A DNA stretch of 64,000 bases from Amphiscolops sp. MND2022. Its lineage: Eukaryota. Below, in pieces: positions 1 through 13,002 of the stretch (the stretch's first letter is position 1; every line of letters starts with the position of its first letter). A program made the translations under genes and the position numbers. Where the stretch lies: positions 27,652,001 to 27,716,000 of the forward strand of contig OZ076414.1 in NCBI GenBank assembly GCA_964187785.1, given 5' to 3'. Below the pieces are notes generated by a model, which was given only the letters and a program-made list of their open reading frames with translations, had not been told where the DNA came from and searched no databases.

Positions 1-3000
1 ACAACGCAGAACTCTACAATCAAAAAGACATGAAACCACTAAAAGAAAGATAACAAGACGTAAACAAAAACGAAATCAAATTCGTTGGGAAGTATGGGCT
101 GATATCGAGTACGATGGGAAAACAACAAAGCTACCAATTTTAATCACAAAAAGAAACGACATCACTCCACTACTAGGCGTGAATTGGTTGAAACAACTAC
201 CTATCATCATTAACAAAATCCAATTGGACGAACAAACCAACCAACCAGAAGCCATCTACGCGAAATTTACCAAGCTATTCGAAACAAACCACACAATCAA
301 AAATATGAAGTGAAAATCCAAATAAAACCAGGATGTTACCCCATCCAACAAAAAACCAGACCGATACCATATCATTTACAAAAAGATATAAAAAAACGAA
401 CTGGACCGACTAATAAAATTCGGACATCTTGAATGACTAGAAACAGTCGAAGAAGATTGCTTCGCGTCACCCGTAGTAATTACGGTAAAAAAAGACAAGA
501 CCGTGAAAATCGCATCAGACGCCCGAAAACTCAACGACAGTTGCGTGAAGAAAAGACCACACATGCCAAACATGGAGGAACTATTGAATCAAATATCCGC
601 CGAACTATCCAAGAACGACCACGATCCAATTTGGATTTCCGTAATAGACCTCGACTATGCATACGGGCAAAAGAAATTGGCACCTGAAACAAGCAAACAC
701 TGCAACTTTGCAATAACAGGAGAAAAAATGAACGGATACTACCGAATTCTGGAATGATTCTTTGGTCCCGCAGACATACCAACGATTTCTCAAGAGAAAA
801 TAGATTGAACGTTAGGACACCAAACACCAGTTTGGCTGGACGACATCATAATCGTCACACGCGGAACCAAAGAAGAACACACCCGAAAACTACATTCGGT
901 ACTGACAAAACTGGAAAACGAAGGCTACAGAGCGAGCAAGAAAAAATCAAAAGTCTACCAAAAGGAAACAATATGGCTTGGACACACGATATCACAAGAC
1001 GGGATTAGACTGAACAAAGAAAAAACCGACGCAATAAGCAGATTAGAACCACCAACAAACACCAAAACACTAAAATCCTTTCTTGGAGCTATATAGTATT
1101 TTGGGAATATCATACCGAACTTATCTGAGAAAACAGACAACATGAGACAATTACTCAAGAAACTAACTAAATGGGAATGGACAACCGACCGAAATTCGGA
1201 CTACAACAAGATAAAACAGGAATTACCATCATTGCCTTGCCTTGCACATTACAACGGCAGCAAAGACAACATCGTTACCACCGAAGCGTGCAAAACCGGC
1301 CTTGGAGTAGCACTCTGGCAAAAACAAGGAAATGGAGAATTAAAACCAATAGCTATTGCCAGCCGTTACTTGAACGACGCCGAAAAAAAATATTCCATCG
1401 GCGAATTAGAACTACTAGCCGTCGAATGGGGCTTGGAAAGATTTAGATTTCACCTATATGGCAAACAAGTCCAATTATTCTCGGACCATCAAGCACTGGA
1501 ACCCCTTTTAAAACGAAACAAGACGAATAAACAATAAGCGCACGGCTAACACAATGGCTAGACAGATTGAATCACTTTGACATCTGTTTAAAACAACCGG
1601 AAGAAGATGAAAGAATGGAACTCAAGTGGATTGACATCCAACTGAGAAGGAAAATCAGAGAATCGCACATTGGTGGAGGATACTTCCAGAACTTCGGGGA
1701 CGAAATCCCCCGGGACAAAACACCGAACAACAACAACAACAAATGGAAAGAACTGGAACCAATAGAGACACAGAATCCACCGCCTCAAACAACTCGGAGG
1801 AAGCGATATCCACACACGAAACCGGAACCTACCCGGCAATACCGGTCCAAGAATACAGGGCCGGACCAATCGAAGAAATTGCCGTACACTACGTGAGGAT
1901 CAACCGCGTAGTCGAGGAAAAAGCAAAGCGAAATAAACTACAAGAAGATAACGTTAGACCAGCAGAGCTGGATTTCATGCTGGAGTTGGAAACAATAATC
2001 AAGCAAACGGCCGCCGATCCCGACCTCATCGAATTGAATTGCTGCATTGACGACAACAACCTAGAACAGATTCCCCAAAACTACAGAACCGTAGCCAAGA
2101 AACTGACCCACCGCTGGGGCATCATAATGGTTGATGACCGCATAGTGGTACCGAAATCGCTACGATACGCAGCACTAAACGCCCTACACTTTGAACATCG
2201 CGGGAGAAACAAAATGTGTAATGATGCGACCATATTTTGGTGACCGAACATGCGGGAGGACATCGAGAGGAAATCAAAAACCTGTTCAGCCTGCCTTAAC
2301 GCTGGTAAAAATCTAAAATTTCAAAAACCCCAGACCGAAAAATCGAAAATTGAACCGCCAAAAACACCTGGCGAATAAATACAATTAGATTTTACGGAAA
2401 ATCTCAACAATAAAAAATTACAAACTAACCCGTTTATACTAATTGCGGTCAATAAAAACAGCCGATGGCTCGTAGCAAAAATAGAAAACCGCGAAACCGT
2501 ATTTTCATTTTTGAATGAATACATAAATGTATACGGAGTACCGAAACAAAGAAAATCGGACAAAGGCAGTGCCTTTATCTCCAAAGAATATATAGAATTT
2601 TGTAAAACACAAAATATCAACCGCAAATACGGAACGGCTGATCTACATACCGGCAACGGATTGGTCGAACGCACCATCCAATCATTGAAGAATCTGGTAC
2701 AGGCGAATTTAGAAGACGATCAAAATCTCCGTGGAAGTGTCAACAGAGCACTATACGTCCTAAGGTTTACAATACATTCAGAAACCAAGAAAACTCCGTT
2801 TGAATTACACTTTGGACGGACACCAAGAACTAAACTGTCTAACCTAAGAAATTTTATTTCAGTAGATTCCAAAGATACCTCAGTGTACATCACAAGAAAC
2901 TCAGCCGGACGAATCACGGACCATCTGGTAATGTCAAAGAAAAAGACGGCAGAACCAAAGTACAAACGAGGGATGACATTCTCCCAAACGAAAAAACCGA

Positions 3001-3210
3001 CTAGTGCGGTAAGTGAAAACAAACTTGAATACCCTTTCAAATTTTACGAAACAAAATTACGAAAAAGGATCCATGGAAAGTAAATTCAAGAACAAAATAC
3101 AAACCGCCGTAACGGGAACGAAACATACCGTAACCACGGACAGAAATAAAACCTTACACAGAAAGTTGATTTCCTACCCCCTGCCTTTTCAGCAGACAAC
3201 AAAACACTGA
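1..3210 (+). pseudogene. pol: Decayed Ty3/Gypsy pol (protease tail, RT, RNase H, integrase) with multiple stops and frameshifts; 5' part lies outside the window
   Basis: Motifs in Gypsy order: PLLGVNWL (protease end), SPVVITVKK, IDLDYAYGQ, WLDD at 833-844, RNase H YSIGELELLAVEWGLERF...SDHQAL (1142-1537), integrase HHCC region (LHFEHRG...CSAC) and core SDKGSAF...GLVERTIQSLK (2511-3083). Confidence 0.93.
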
Positions 3211-3848
3211 CAAAGAGAATAAATACCCGCCAAAACACTATAGATCAACCGATCTGCTCCAAAACACTGGACAACACAAACGACGGGGGAACACCTTGTA
3301 TCTATAGCAGAAAAGAAGCGCCGAAAACCACCATAATCCACGAAACAAGCGAGGATTGGCTGAAAAGGAAAGAACTACCCAGAAACAATAAGGGACAGTT
3401 CCCCTCGCCTAACAAAACAACACCGCTGACCTAAACTTGAGCATTATATCCGATGACGACGACTTCGAATGCTACAACAAGGCAGAAGGGAAACCGATAC
3501 AAGTCAACATTGACGACGAACTCCAGCTCCATCCCAAAGAAACCAACTTGACACCGGAACAAGGTAGATATTAAGAAAAAAACAGAATAAAAAAACCGAT
3601 AAAACCGGTCAGAAGATCAAATAGACTAGCCTTTGCAAAACAAACCGAAAAACTAGGCGGGGTACCGTACCATACTAATAACAATAAAAAAGAACTGACT
3701 AATAACGGTAATTTATTACAGGAGACAACAGTGGAAACAGTGGAGAGAAGTAATACGAAAAACAACCGTCCAATACGGGATAGTAACGAAGAAATCCGTT
3801 TCATACGGCCACACAAAAGAATACAACAAACTTTCACTGGACAATTTC

Positions 3849-3861
3849 GAAGAGGGGGGAA
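3849..3861 (+). other. Polypurine tract
   Basis: GAAGAGGGGGGAA immediately followed by TGTGAT, downstream of integrase. Confidence 0.8.
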
Positions 3862-4100
3862 TGTGATATCATGCAGACATCATGACCTCTACCACCACCG
3901 TAACATACGGATCTAGACAGAGAGTCTATCATTGTTTACAAACATAGAACTCTAATTACTGTCGATTTATGTTATTGTGTCATACAATAGATACTGAACA
4001 TTACGTTAGATATTGGTACTAAAGTAAAGTTGTGAAAGAGATACAAATTTACCATTCTAGATGATAGACGTTTTTACCGTAATAGATCGAGAATACAACA
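3862..4100 (+). mobile_element. 3' LTR of the first Gypsy element (right end tentative)
   Basis: Starts TGT directly after the polypurine tract; candidate end ...ATACAACA at 4100. No second copy in the window to confirm the end. Confidence 0.55.
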
Positions 4101-4405
4101 ACTGGTATATCCGTCACTTTCGGAATTTATCCTGTCCTCACGTGAGCTGAAATCATAACTTGGAGCTGGAGTTCCCGACCTAAAATTGACCAGACTTCCA
4201 TCTCAGGCTATCTCTTCACTTGTGTCTCAATCTGCTCCTCAATAACTGGAACAGCCACAGGATTGGGGGATTTTGGCAAGACCTCTTCGTTTCACATATC
4301 TGAACGGAAACGAATGAATGTTAGCGGATAAATTCTTGAATAAAAACACATAATACCGCCGAACAAATCTTCTAGAAGTGAAATGAAAACATACGACGAA
4401 AAGCC

Positions 4406-4597
4406 TTGAAAGCTAACTTAAAAGGACAGGAAGTAAATGAACGTGAAAAAACCTTGATCAAAATAACTTCCGTTCAAATTGAAACAAAAGACCAGATAGC
4501 TAACCTGTTGGTGAAAAGGGTGATTGTTGGAAAGTTTTTGAGACGATTACATTCCGTGCAGGTTGGAAGGGACCAAGCTGGCTGTGACGCTCAATGA
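4406..4597 (+). pseudogene. Possible Ty1/Copia-type RNase H C-terminal fragment
   Basis: VQIETKDQIANLLVKRVIVGKFLRRL resembles the Copia end motif xTxxQxADxxTKxLxxxxF; short and degenerate. Confidence 0.3.
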
Positions 4598-6415
4598 CAA
4601 AAAGGGATGAAAACTGGCTGCAAGACGAGGTATTTTGCTTGACTGTTGGGAGAGTACGACAAAAATGTCTACAGTCCGCACACGGCCAGTGACTTAAGAG
4701 TTGGAATAAAGGAGCCGCGGTAGTAAATATCACGAAACAAGACAAAAGGAAGGCTAAAAGACTACTCGACTAACTGAAAATTTGAATGGATGAATGAAAT
4801 AAAAATCACTTTGATTAAGTAACGATCAGAAGATTGAAGAGAATTGCGAAGGCAAAGAACTTGGAGTCCGTGAGAAATTGGATTTGATGTCAAATGTTTT
4901 ACAGTTATGAGGATTATTTTGCGGATGGAATCTGCCAGTGAATTCCAAATTGCTCATATTTCGAAATACTTGATATTTCTCTTTTTCATTACCTTTCTTA
5001 TTTTTTATAGTTATTTCCTATTATTAGGATGATTAAATTTTAGATCCGGCAACTTAGGCAGGAAGATTTATTCTGGATTCTTATTGACTGCCAAGGACGA
5101 ATCGACGCGTGCGGCCATCAGCCATAATTTCAGCCACGTGAGTTTTCAAGTGGCATGAAGAGAAGTTTATCTTCAAGAGGAGATAAACACTCGGTGAAGT
5201 TCTTAAAAGCTCTTTGCCGGCTGGGGCAATATGAAGCAGATCGACAGTCAAGAAAGCTGAAGGCGGCTAGCATCAAAGGTTGCTTAGGAAGGTTTCATCA
5301 ATGAAATGTGAAGCGGGAAAACGAAAACCGGGGAAACGCGTGGCAGATACTTCGAAACTTATCTTGAAACTGAGAAGTAAAATTTATCACTTGCCTACTA
5401 TTGTTCAAACTGAACAGTTGCCACGCTGAGATTAAATCAACTTGCTAGTCAATCATATTCAAAAATGCGGAAAAACTGATAAAAAGCAGGTACATGGACC
5501 AACGATTTCCAGGAGTTTTCCAATACCTATCCTGTGATGAAGATGAAGGAGTGGACGATTCGAGCATGAAGTCCCAGTTGGACCTTCAATTATCGTCAGA
5601 GGACGGGGGAATTGACGATAGGATCATGATGATGTCCCAGTGTGTCCAGATGGAGTTATCAACACCCATACCAGTTCAGGGTCCATTAACAGCAGTGAAA
5701 ATTTGTAACAACGCCCCTCAATACGGACCAATGAGATGCGAGAATCCCAGGATAAATTTGCCCCAAGGCTAACCCTTGACCAGTCTTTCATCTCATTGTG
5801 AAAAAGAAATGGTTCCTAACGACGAGACGACCGGGTCTGCAAAAGTCACCCAATCAAATTGTGTAACGAACTTATTCCCATGGTGGATACTCCTTTGTCG
5901 CTCCCACCTGAAGACAAAGGACCGCTTTGCAACCCTACCCACAATACATTCAAGGCGCACACGCTCAACAATCCATAGAAATGTTTACAAACCAATTTCA
6001 AGGAATGGAGAATGACAGAAATAGCCTGCTGGCAAACTGTTCGGATGCATAATTTGTGGAAGATTTACAATGAAATTTCAGAATGAAGCAGTCTCGGTCT
6101 ATTCGAGCAAAAAGTCCGTCTTGGGAGAAATAGCAACTCAACTAGAGGCGCGCAAGAGAGCTTTCATAGAAGGAATGCACGTGGGCACCTTCCTATTTTT
6201 ACCATGGGGAGTGTCGCAGGCTAGCGCTTGGGATGGCAACACATATACAATTGACCACACAAAACCAATCGTCTTGCCCGGCATATTGCCTCTAAAACGA
6301 ACTGAAATTTTCAAATCCCTGTTGATATTTTGGACTTTATATTATTTCCAATGTGTCATGTTATATTTGTTTCAATCATGTAAAGTAACATTTGCCAGCA
6401 AGCTATACTGTCAGG

Positions 6416-6564
6416 CAGAAAGGAAACGTGTTCAAATGACTGCTTGTTCAGCATAACTAACGTGGCCGTCACCGGCTTATCAGCCAATTTCCAGAAAGGA
6501 AACGTGTTCAAATGACTGCTTGTTCAGCATAACTAACGTGGCCGTCACCGGCTTATCAGCCAAT
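6416..6564. repeat. 76-bp direct tandem duplication (2 copies)
   Basis: CAGAAAGGAAACGTG...TTATCAGCCAAT starts at 6416 and 6492. Confidence 0.95.
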
Positions 6565-7631
6565 CACCATGCAGTAGATACTACTTGCTTCTTTGTTAAT
6601 TATGTAGCCGTACTAATAGTTATGCGGAAAGGACGAGTAAGGCCATGCGGCCTAGCCGGCCATACTTGTCAAATCAATTCAATTGATGTTGCGTATTTAT
6701 TAGGTTGTGCTGTACTTGAAATTTGGCCTTCTCAAAAACAATGTTTTAGTGAAAGTACCAATGAACGCCCATTTCCTTGTATGAATAATACAGAAGGCCC
6801 AAAACAGCCAGGTAGTCAAAGTGCCCTAATGAATCTGATATCATGGAATGTTATTTCACGCATGAAATGTAAAATGATGCTTCACGTTCTGTATTCGTTG
6901 CTGGACCGCATTGGGACATTGCATCACTGCCCCCTTGCTTTCAACCGCGGCAAGCCTTTGCTCTCACCGCCCTCATAAACAATTGTGACGACATCTTTTA
7001 TGTTTAAAATGATGTAATGGTAATTTTTTAGTCACAAGCTATTTTTAGTATTTTGATATCAGTAAACTTGAGCGTCATGCCCGTTGAGGCTTAATAAATA
7101 CCCGGACCAGGCGATCGACAGCACAAGTTATCACGATTCATCACGATACAAGTTGCTTTACTTGATCGTTCCTTGCTTTGACAAATAGAATTACAGAAAT
7201 ACTTCAAATTTTTCTTTCTCTACAAGTGCTCATTTAGAAGAACTCTTAAGAGGGAATAATTAATGGCCCTGAAGGTCAACAGGACTTGCAGTCCTTGTCT
7301 GTTAGAGAACACTTATCTCACGAGAATGAGATCAGAGATATTGAAAACAGAAATAGATTAATTAGACAAGAAGGACTTTAAGAGTCTATCAACATATTGT
7401 CTGATGAAATGAATGCAAGGTTTTGTCTGGAAAGGGATTCTTGATGGACCTGATGCAGTCCCAGATCATTAGGGCAATAAGCTCTGCTATAAACGAGCGA
7501 GTCATTCCTGAAAGAAAAAATATAATGGGAAGTCTGCCTTTGAATCGCAATGGCCCTGAGCTGTGTATGTTCCTTAATGAGGATGGTATTGGTAATGCTT
7601 GGAAAAACACAAACACGAAACTTACAAAGAA

Positions 7632-7754
7632 GGATTCAAGGCCCGCTTGTGACCTTAAAGAGGTCACGGACTTTACTCTTTTCAATACTTTTGGAGTATA
7701 TGGATTCAAGGCCCGCTTGTGACCTTAGGGAAGATACGGACTTTACTCCTTTCA
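7632..7754. repeat. 70-bp imperfect tandem duplication
   Basis: GGATTCAAGGCCCGCTTGTGACCTTA starts at 7632 and 7702. Confidence 0.9.
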
Positions 7755-8333
7755 ATGCTTTCGCAGCCAAACAAATGGTTGTAAAAGGTGTGTCTCATAC
7801 CATACTGTATTTCATTTTAATTCCCGTTGATCATTACGACGCCAAACAGCGAACTTTTGACTGCAACAGATCTGTTGCAGTGTTTTGTGGTTTCTTCACA
7901 TCGATTACAATACGTGGGATTTCAAGAAATGAGGAAAGTGGAGTGAAACAATTTTCTGGATTCTTGCACTAATACCTGCGTAACCTGCGAAGAATCGCCG
8001 AAACAAAAGTTTCACTGTTTTCCTGAATTCTTGAAATTTTGTGGATTCTTCGTTTTGGCAATTATTAGCAAATTTTAGTGTGCGGGGATTCTACACTAAT
8101 TAGGTCACTTAATTGAGTTACTAAATTTTTGTGGATTCTTCGTTTCGTATGAATTCACAGAAATACCATAAACAAAATTTGTGGATTCTTCCCTTTGTAT
8201 ATGAACAATTTTGTTTAATTTGTTCAAATGGTTTTCACAATAAAATTACCCCGTTTGCCGATTTTTAAAAAAATCCTATTAATTGTAATGAAACAAATGA
8301 TTTTGTAACGACTCCAGGAGCGTTTAAGTAGAA

Positions 8334-9563
8334 TGTGTAAAACAGATATACCCCCCACCCCAGTTTGACAAATTTAAAACAACCCCTTTTTCTAAATGTA
8401 ATGAAGCATGAGCTTAAGTTGTGGAAAAAAAATTATCGGTGGAAAGGAAGTTCAAAAATTCTCATGTTTAAATTTAAATAGTACTATGACAAGGTAAGTT
8501 TGTTAGGGAGATGGTTTCCTGTAGGAAGATGTTTCATGATGATCAATTTTTATGGTACAAATAGAGTGTTGCAAGCAACGGCAAATCAGAAAGCAGAACG
8601 ATATGCGTCATGTTGGAGTCTCTTTATTACGATGGTTGCATTCTTTACACTACTCATATTATCGATGATTTAACGGGGCGCTCTTTTCCGGTAGTTGCAT
8701 ATTGATGATGAAAGAGTGAATCTCTAAAAAGCGATTGTCATGCAGCTAAAATAGTCCCTAACAAAAGTAGAAAGCGAAGAATGAACCGCTGAAATCATTC
8801 CTTGAAGAACCGCGAATGATAGACATCTTCTTGTTCTAAATCTTTCATATAGGCAAGCTTGTAATTGTATTTATTTCAACCTCTATTTTTTGCCAACTTA
8901 GCAAAATGAATATTTTTACGTATTTCAATATCAACTTTACATTGCTTCACTTCCTTCAAATTAATTGAAAAAATTATCTCCAACAAAACATCATGTTATT
9001 AACAACAGAATATGGAAAACCAGCGAAAAAGGAAATCTAGACTAGGACAATCTCTCACTCGAGCGAGGGATAAGTGTTTCTGGAGTAGAGGTGTCACAAG
9101 GTAATGAAACTATGTTTGAGACTCATAGTAATTTCGAAAATGTTCTTCCAGCTAGAAATATAATAGCAGTTTTAAATAATGGTACACAAAACGAGAACGA
9201 CACGCAAGTGTGGACGCAGAACATGGCCGATTAAACAAGCAGAGAAATCTCTGAATTGAGGAAAGAAGTTAACGAGAAACTAGAAAAGATGATGAGAGAA
9301 GATAATAACAGCTGAAGAACAATGTCAGTCCCTGATCAGAAAATATACGAACAAACTACTCCACGCAAAAACCTTGAAACACGTATATAATGATGACGGT
9401 GAAATCTGATGCTGGCAATCAAGAAAACGTAATGCATGATATCGTTTCCGGTTACTAAAAATAATTGAACTTAGGACACCAATGCAGCCTGAATGTATCG
9501 AAAATCTTGACTTTGATAAAAATCTTCACTGATGGTACCGTAATAGTAAATGAAGACTACACA
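8334..9563 (+). mobile_element. Degenerate LTR-like segment with an MENQRKRKSR-type ORF remnant (left end uncertain)
   Basis: ORF remnant from ATG 9012 resembles the one inside the 23158-24025 LTR and ends at ...GACTACACA (9563). TGTGTA at 8334 is a 6-bp inverted match to that end; an alternative start at 8512 gives a GGAGA TSD. Confidence 0.45.
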
Positions 9564-9876
9564 GGAGAGAATAATTGCAATTGAAAACACTTTGCTTTTT
9601 AGGGCCTTTAGCAGGCACCAACGTCGGCTGTTCCTGGCTTGTTTTGAATGGAGTTTGTTTTAATTTTCCCCATATTTCAAAAATTGTCATTTGCGATTGT
9701 CATTTTCATTAACTCGCAACATTTCAAAACTAACCAATCGCCAATTCAGAAAGCTTACAATTGTTTCTACAATCAAAAGTCAGTACAGTTTTTAGGCATT
9801 TTGACAGTTCTTGACAGATGACTCTGAATTTTGGAACCAGTCAAAGTTTCTTTCAAAGACTGTCCTAATAGTGTCA

Positions 9877-11428
9877 TGTCGTGATCATCCCTGCAGTCTA
9901 ATGAAGTTAATGAGTCGTCCGTAGAACGGGATGATGATTTGAGTTCATTGAAGTTGGATTTTGAGTAATTTCCCAAGCATCCTCATGCTTTCTAACATCG
10001 GCGTTCCTGCTAAGTCTACTGGACCTTGAGTCCACGTTTGTCCTGAACCTGCTATTTTGACTAGAAAATGAATTTTGCAAAGATGGGAGTATGGTTTCAT
10101 GAATCGCTGAATTTATTGATTCTGTAATCTGAATGTGCAAATCCTTTTTCAGTTCATCTAATTTCCTTGTAACTTGCTGAGATATCTCTGTGCTAATAAA
10201 CCTGGTAGTATCAATTGCTACTTCATTCTCACGTCTATTCTCAGTATATAACAATGTCCTGAAATCCTCGCAAGTGCGAACCATGTCTTGCCTGGGCCCA
10301 TTTGCCTGGGCCCATCTCAACATTTCCATCCAATTTTTCATACGAATGGTTTCTTGAGTAAGTTACTAACATAACATCCGTATTTTCCATATCAGACATT
10401 ACGTCCGATTGCCTAGAGCGTTTCTCTTAGGCTTTCTTTTTTCTAGTTGAAGGCATTAGAAGAAATGTACTTCCAAACAACACTTTTTGTGGGATTTTGT
10501 ATTTTATCAAACTGTACGAAAATACAATTGTAATCAAATAACAAGGTTTCTCGATAATAGTTTCAACAGTTCAATCAAAAGTAGAGGTCCGAATTGTTCA
10601 ATCTAACGATTATAATAGCGTGTGAATTGTGAGAGATGTATTTCGAAGAATCATCCCGTGGAACTTGGAGTCCCCGTATAAATACTAAAGAAAGCTTGAC
10701 GAGCATGTTTTTTGGTGTCATGTTCCAAAAATAGCAACAAAACTATGGAATATATCCCTGTGGACTGTACGTCATTATTACATCATTCACCTAACTGTAA
10801 AAAGCAACAATTCGGGTCATACAAGTGTCAGACAAAAGGGGGCATGTAGGCGGAACGCCTTTCAAGTCGCATTTACATCCACTTCGTTTTGGTTTGTTTA
10901 CATACTAGTAATCACAAATTATATGTAGCAGACTAGCAGTCCAAAATGACAAGCTTGGACTAAATGAATTTTATGAAAATGCGCTATGATTGGTTAATTA
11001 ATTCATGTGCAGCGTGTCTTAGTTGACTAAGGCGGCGGACAACTTGAACGCGTTTCCATTCAACGTTACAGTTGCCTTTATACAGCAAATTGATGTATTC
11101 TATTGCTAAAACAAAACTTCTGGCTTTCTTGTTTACATGATGAACGTATACAAACCATAGTAAATCAATGATCGAACTAAAATCATACTAAATTCCACAT
11201 GTTAAGCTCTAAAAATCTGTTTTTGACTATATGTCGCACTTAGACGAGTGGACCGTAGGTCCGTAATGGTATAAAATTGCACTAGTACAGTTTATAAGAG
11301 ATAAATGTTTATGAGAATCATTCTAACGTGGACTGAAGGTCCACGCGGCCTACAGTGGCAATACTCCTAGCATGTTCCTAGACTCATCAGATGCAACCTG
11401 ATATCTATTGCCATCGCAGGCTGCGACA
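9877..11428 (-). mobile_element. Solo LTR, 1552 bp
   Basis: Inverted termini TGTCG...CGACA; perfect 5-bp TSD TGTCA at 9872-9876 and 11429-11433; contains an MPSTRK-type ORF remnant from 10456 to the LTR end. Confidence 0.92.
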
Positions 11429-13002
11429 TGTCATAAGCTGTTCTTGAAGTTTTTAGTCAGAGCGTTTTTCAAAAAAAAGTGCTCGACTTTTAGAGTGGCC
11501 ATTTTGTTTGTCTTTTTTGTAAGATTACAATTTTACTTCTGAAAGGTCTAATTTTTTACAATCTAACCTAAGAACTAAAAAGCACTAACTGGTGGTAAAG
11601 GGCCCTCTCGTTATATTTCTGGGACCAAAAATACAAAGGGCCCCTTTGGGTTTTTTCGCCACTGCACGACTTTCAAAAGTTTGTTCACTTCCCAAAGAGG
11701 TGTCTAATTTTTCCCCAAAACCCATTATGCCGAGATTCCAAAATTGCAGTTTTTCCACTGCGCTTCCTGTATAGAATTACTTGCGTGGGTTGAGTGCCGC
11801 TCATAGTTTTTTTAGATACTGAGTTTCAAGTTTGCTGCTACTTCCTTTGCAAATTGATGCTCACACTTTCAACATCATCGTATGCAATTTCATTTATTGT
11901 GTTGTTTTATGACAGTCAAGTTGATTACGCTAAATTTTTATCATGACATGCATTGTTTAACGCCAAAGTGCCATTCTAAGCGAATTACTTTGATCTACCG
12001 TAACTTCACCGCGCTGCAATGCATTTAACCTTATTTTATTGGACGGATTTTCATCCATATAAGCAGTGATGAAAGGTTCAAAATCGGCAACACTGTTTTA
12101 TAATCGTCACAATTCGATGCTGGAATTACAAAAATTCGATCCTGAAAAAATTTGAAAACGATTCGCTTTTTTTCATGCTTTTTTGCGGCCTAAAATTCCC
12201 ACATAAAAGCCATCAAGTAAATAATTGCCTTTTCCTAATGAAATACATTTTCATCATTGATGCGAATCATTTCAATTTGAGCCTTTTCAGTCATTGTGAT
12301 GAAAATGTTTGAATATCTCTTGGGCATAAATAGTTTTGAAAGACTCAGAACTTTTTTTGTTTGTTGATCAGAAGTAATTGTCAAATGTCGCCTCACAAAT
12401 TTAATACCAATGCTGCTCAACCGTTACTACTGAATGCTAGCCATATTTGAAAACATTTGATTAAGTTATGGAAAGAAAGTAGACAAAGTTTCAAAGTTTA
12501 TTGTTTTTTGAGTTTAAGGTCGTATACAGTGTCCGCAACGCAACCCACAAACTCAAGATATCGATACAATTTCAAGCCTACCGTAGACGTCTCCTTTGTA
12601 AAGTAGCAGCATAAATTGTTACAAACCATTTAAAAAGGCAGTTTTCACGTGGAGATGGTTAACTCGCAAGTCGAAACTATGTCGCCTAGAGCTTATGAAG
12701 ATAATGCTAAAACATTCGAGTGACATTGCTGTCCTCTCAAATACTAGATTTCGAAAAAAAATCTTCATGTGAAAACACCATTTTTGTTTCAAGTTACTAA
12801 TATGAATTATGATCAATCAACGTTAAGCCCTGTCGCCGGGTTTCCCCTGCGAGATGTCCGGCGTGCAGCACCGATGAGCAGAGATCCCCACTCCCACACA
12901 TTTTGTAGAGCAAGCGGTCTGTTTCTACAAACACTTTTGTAGTCTCCTTTTGAAACACAGCATCCGAAAGTCAAAGCTCATACGAGGTATGTCAATCTTT
13001 GA

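Larger units (their letters stand above)
6212..7754 (+). mobile_element. Degenerate long LTR related to those at 9877 and 24206 (right end tentative)
   Basis: Starts TGTCGCAGGC like the two TSD-confirmed LTRs; shares GGCATATTGCC (cf. GGAGTATTGCC); contains the LTR-type ORF remnant QSQIIRAISSAINERVIPE (7423-7722); length about 1.54 kb. No TSD found. Confidence 0.55.

Noticed and set aside
6070-6456. Apparent protein homology between ORF 6070-6456 and the end of ORF 23563-24297 (GVSQA..DG..Y.I...PG.LP)
   Set aside because: Both frames cross the start of related LTRs (TGTCGCAGGC at 6212 and 24206); the similarity is LTR DNA, not a protein family.
10783-10860. Polypurine-tract-like AAAAGGGGGCA followed by TGT, and ACA/TGT at 24801-24802, suggesting head-to-head LTR pairs
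   Set aside because: Both lie inside single LTRs whose true ends are fixed by inverted termini and 5-bp TSDs.
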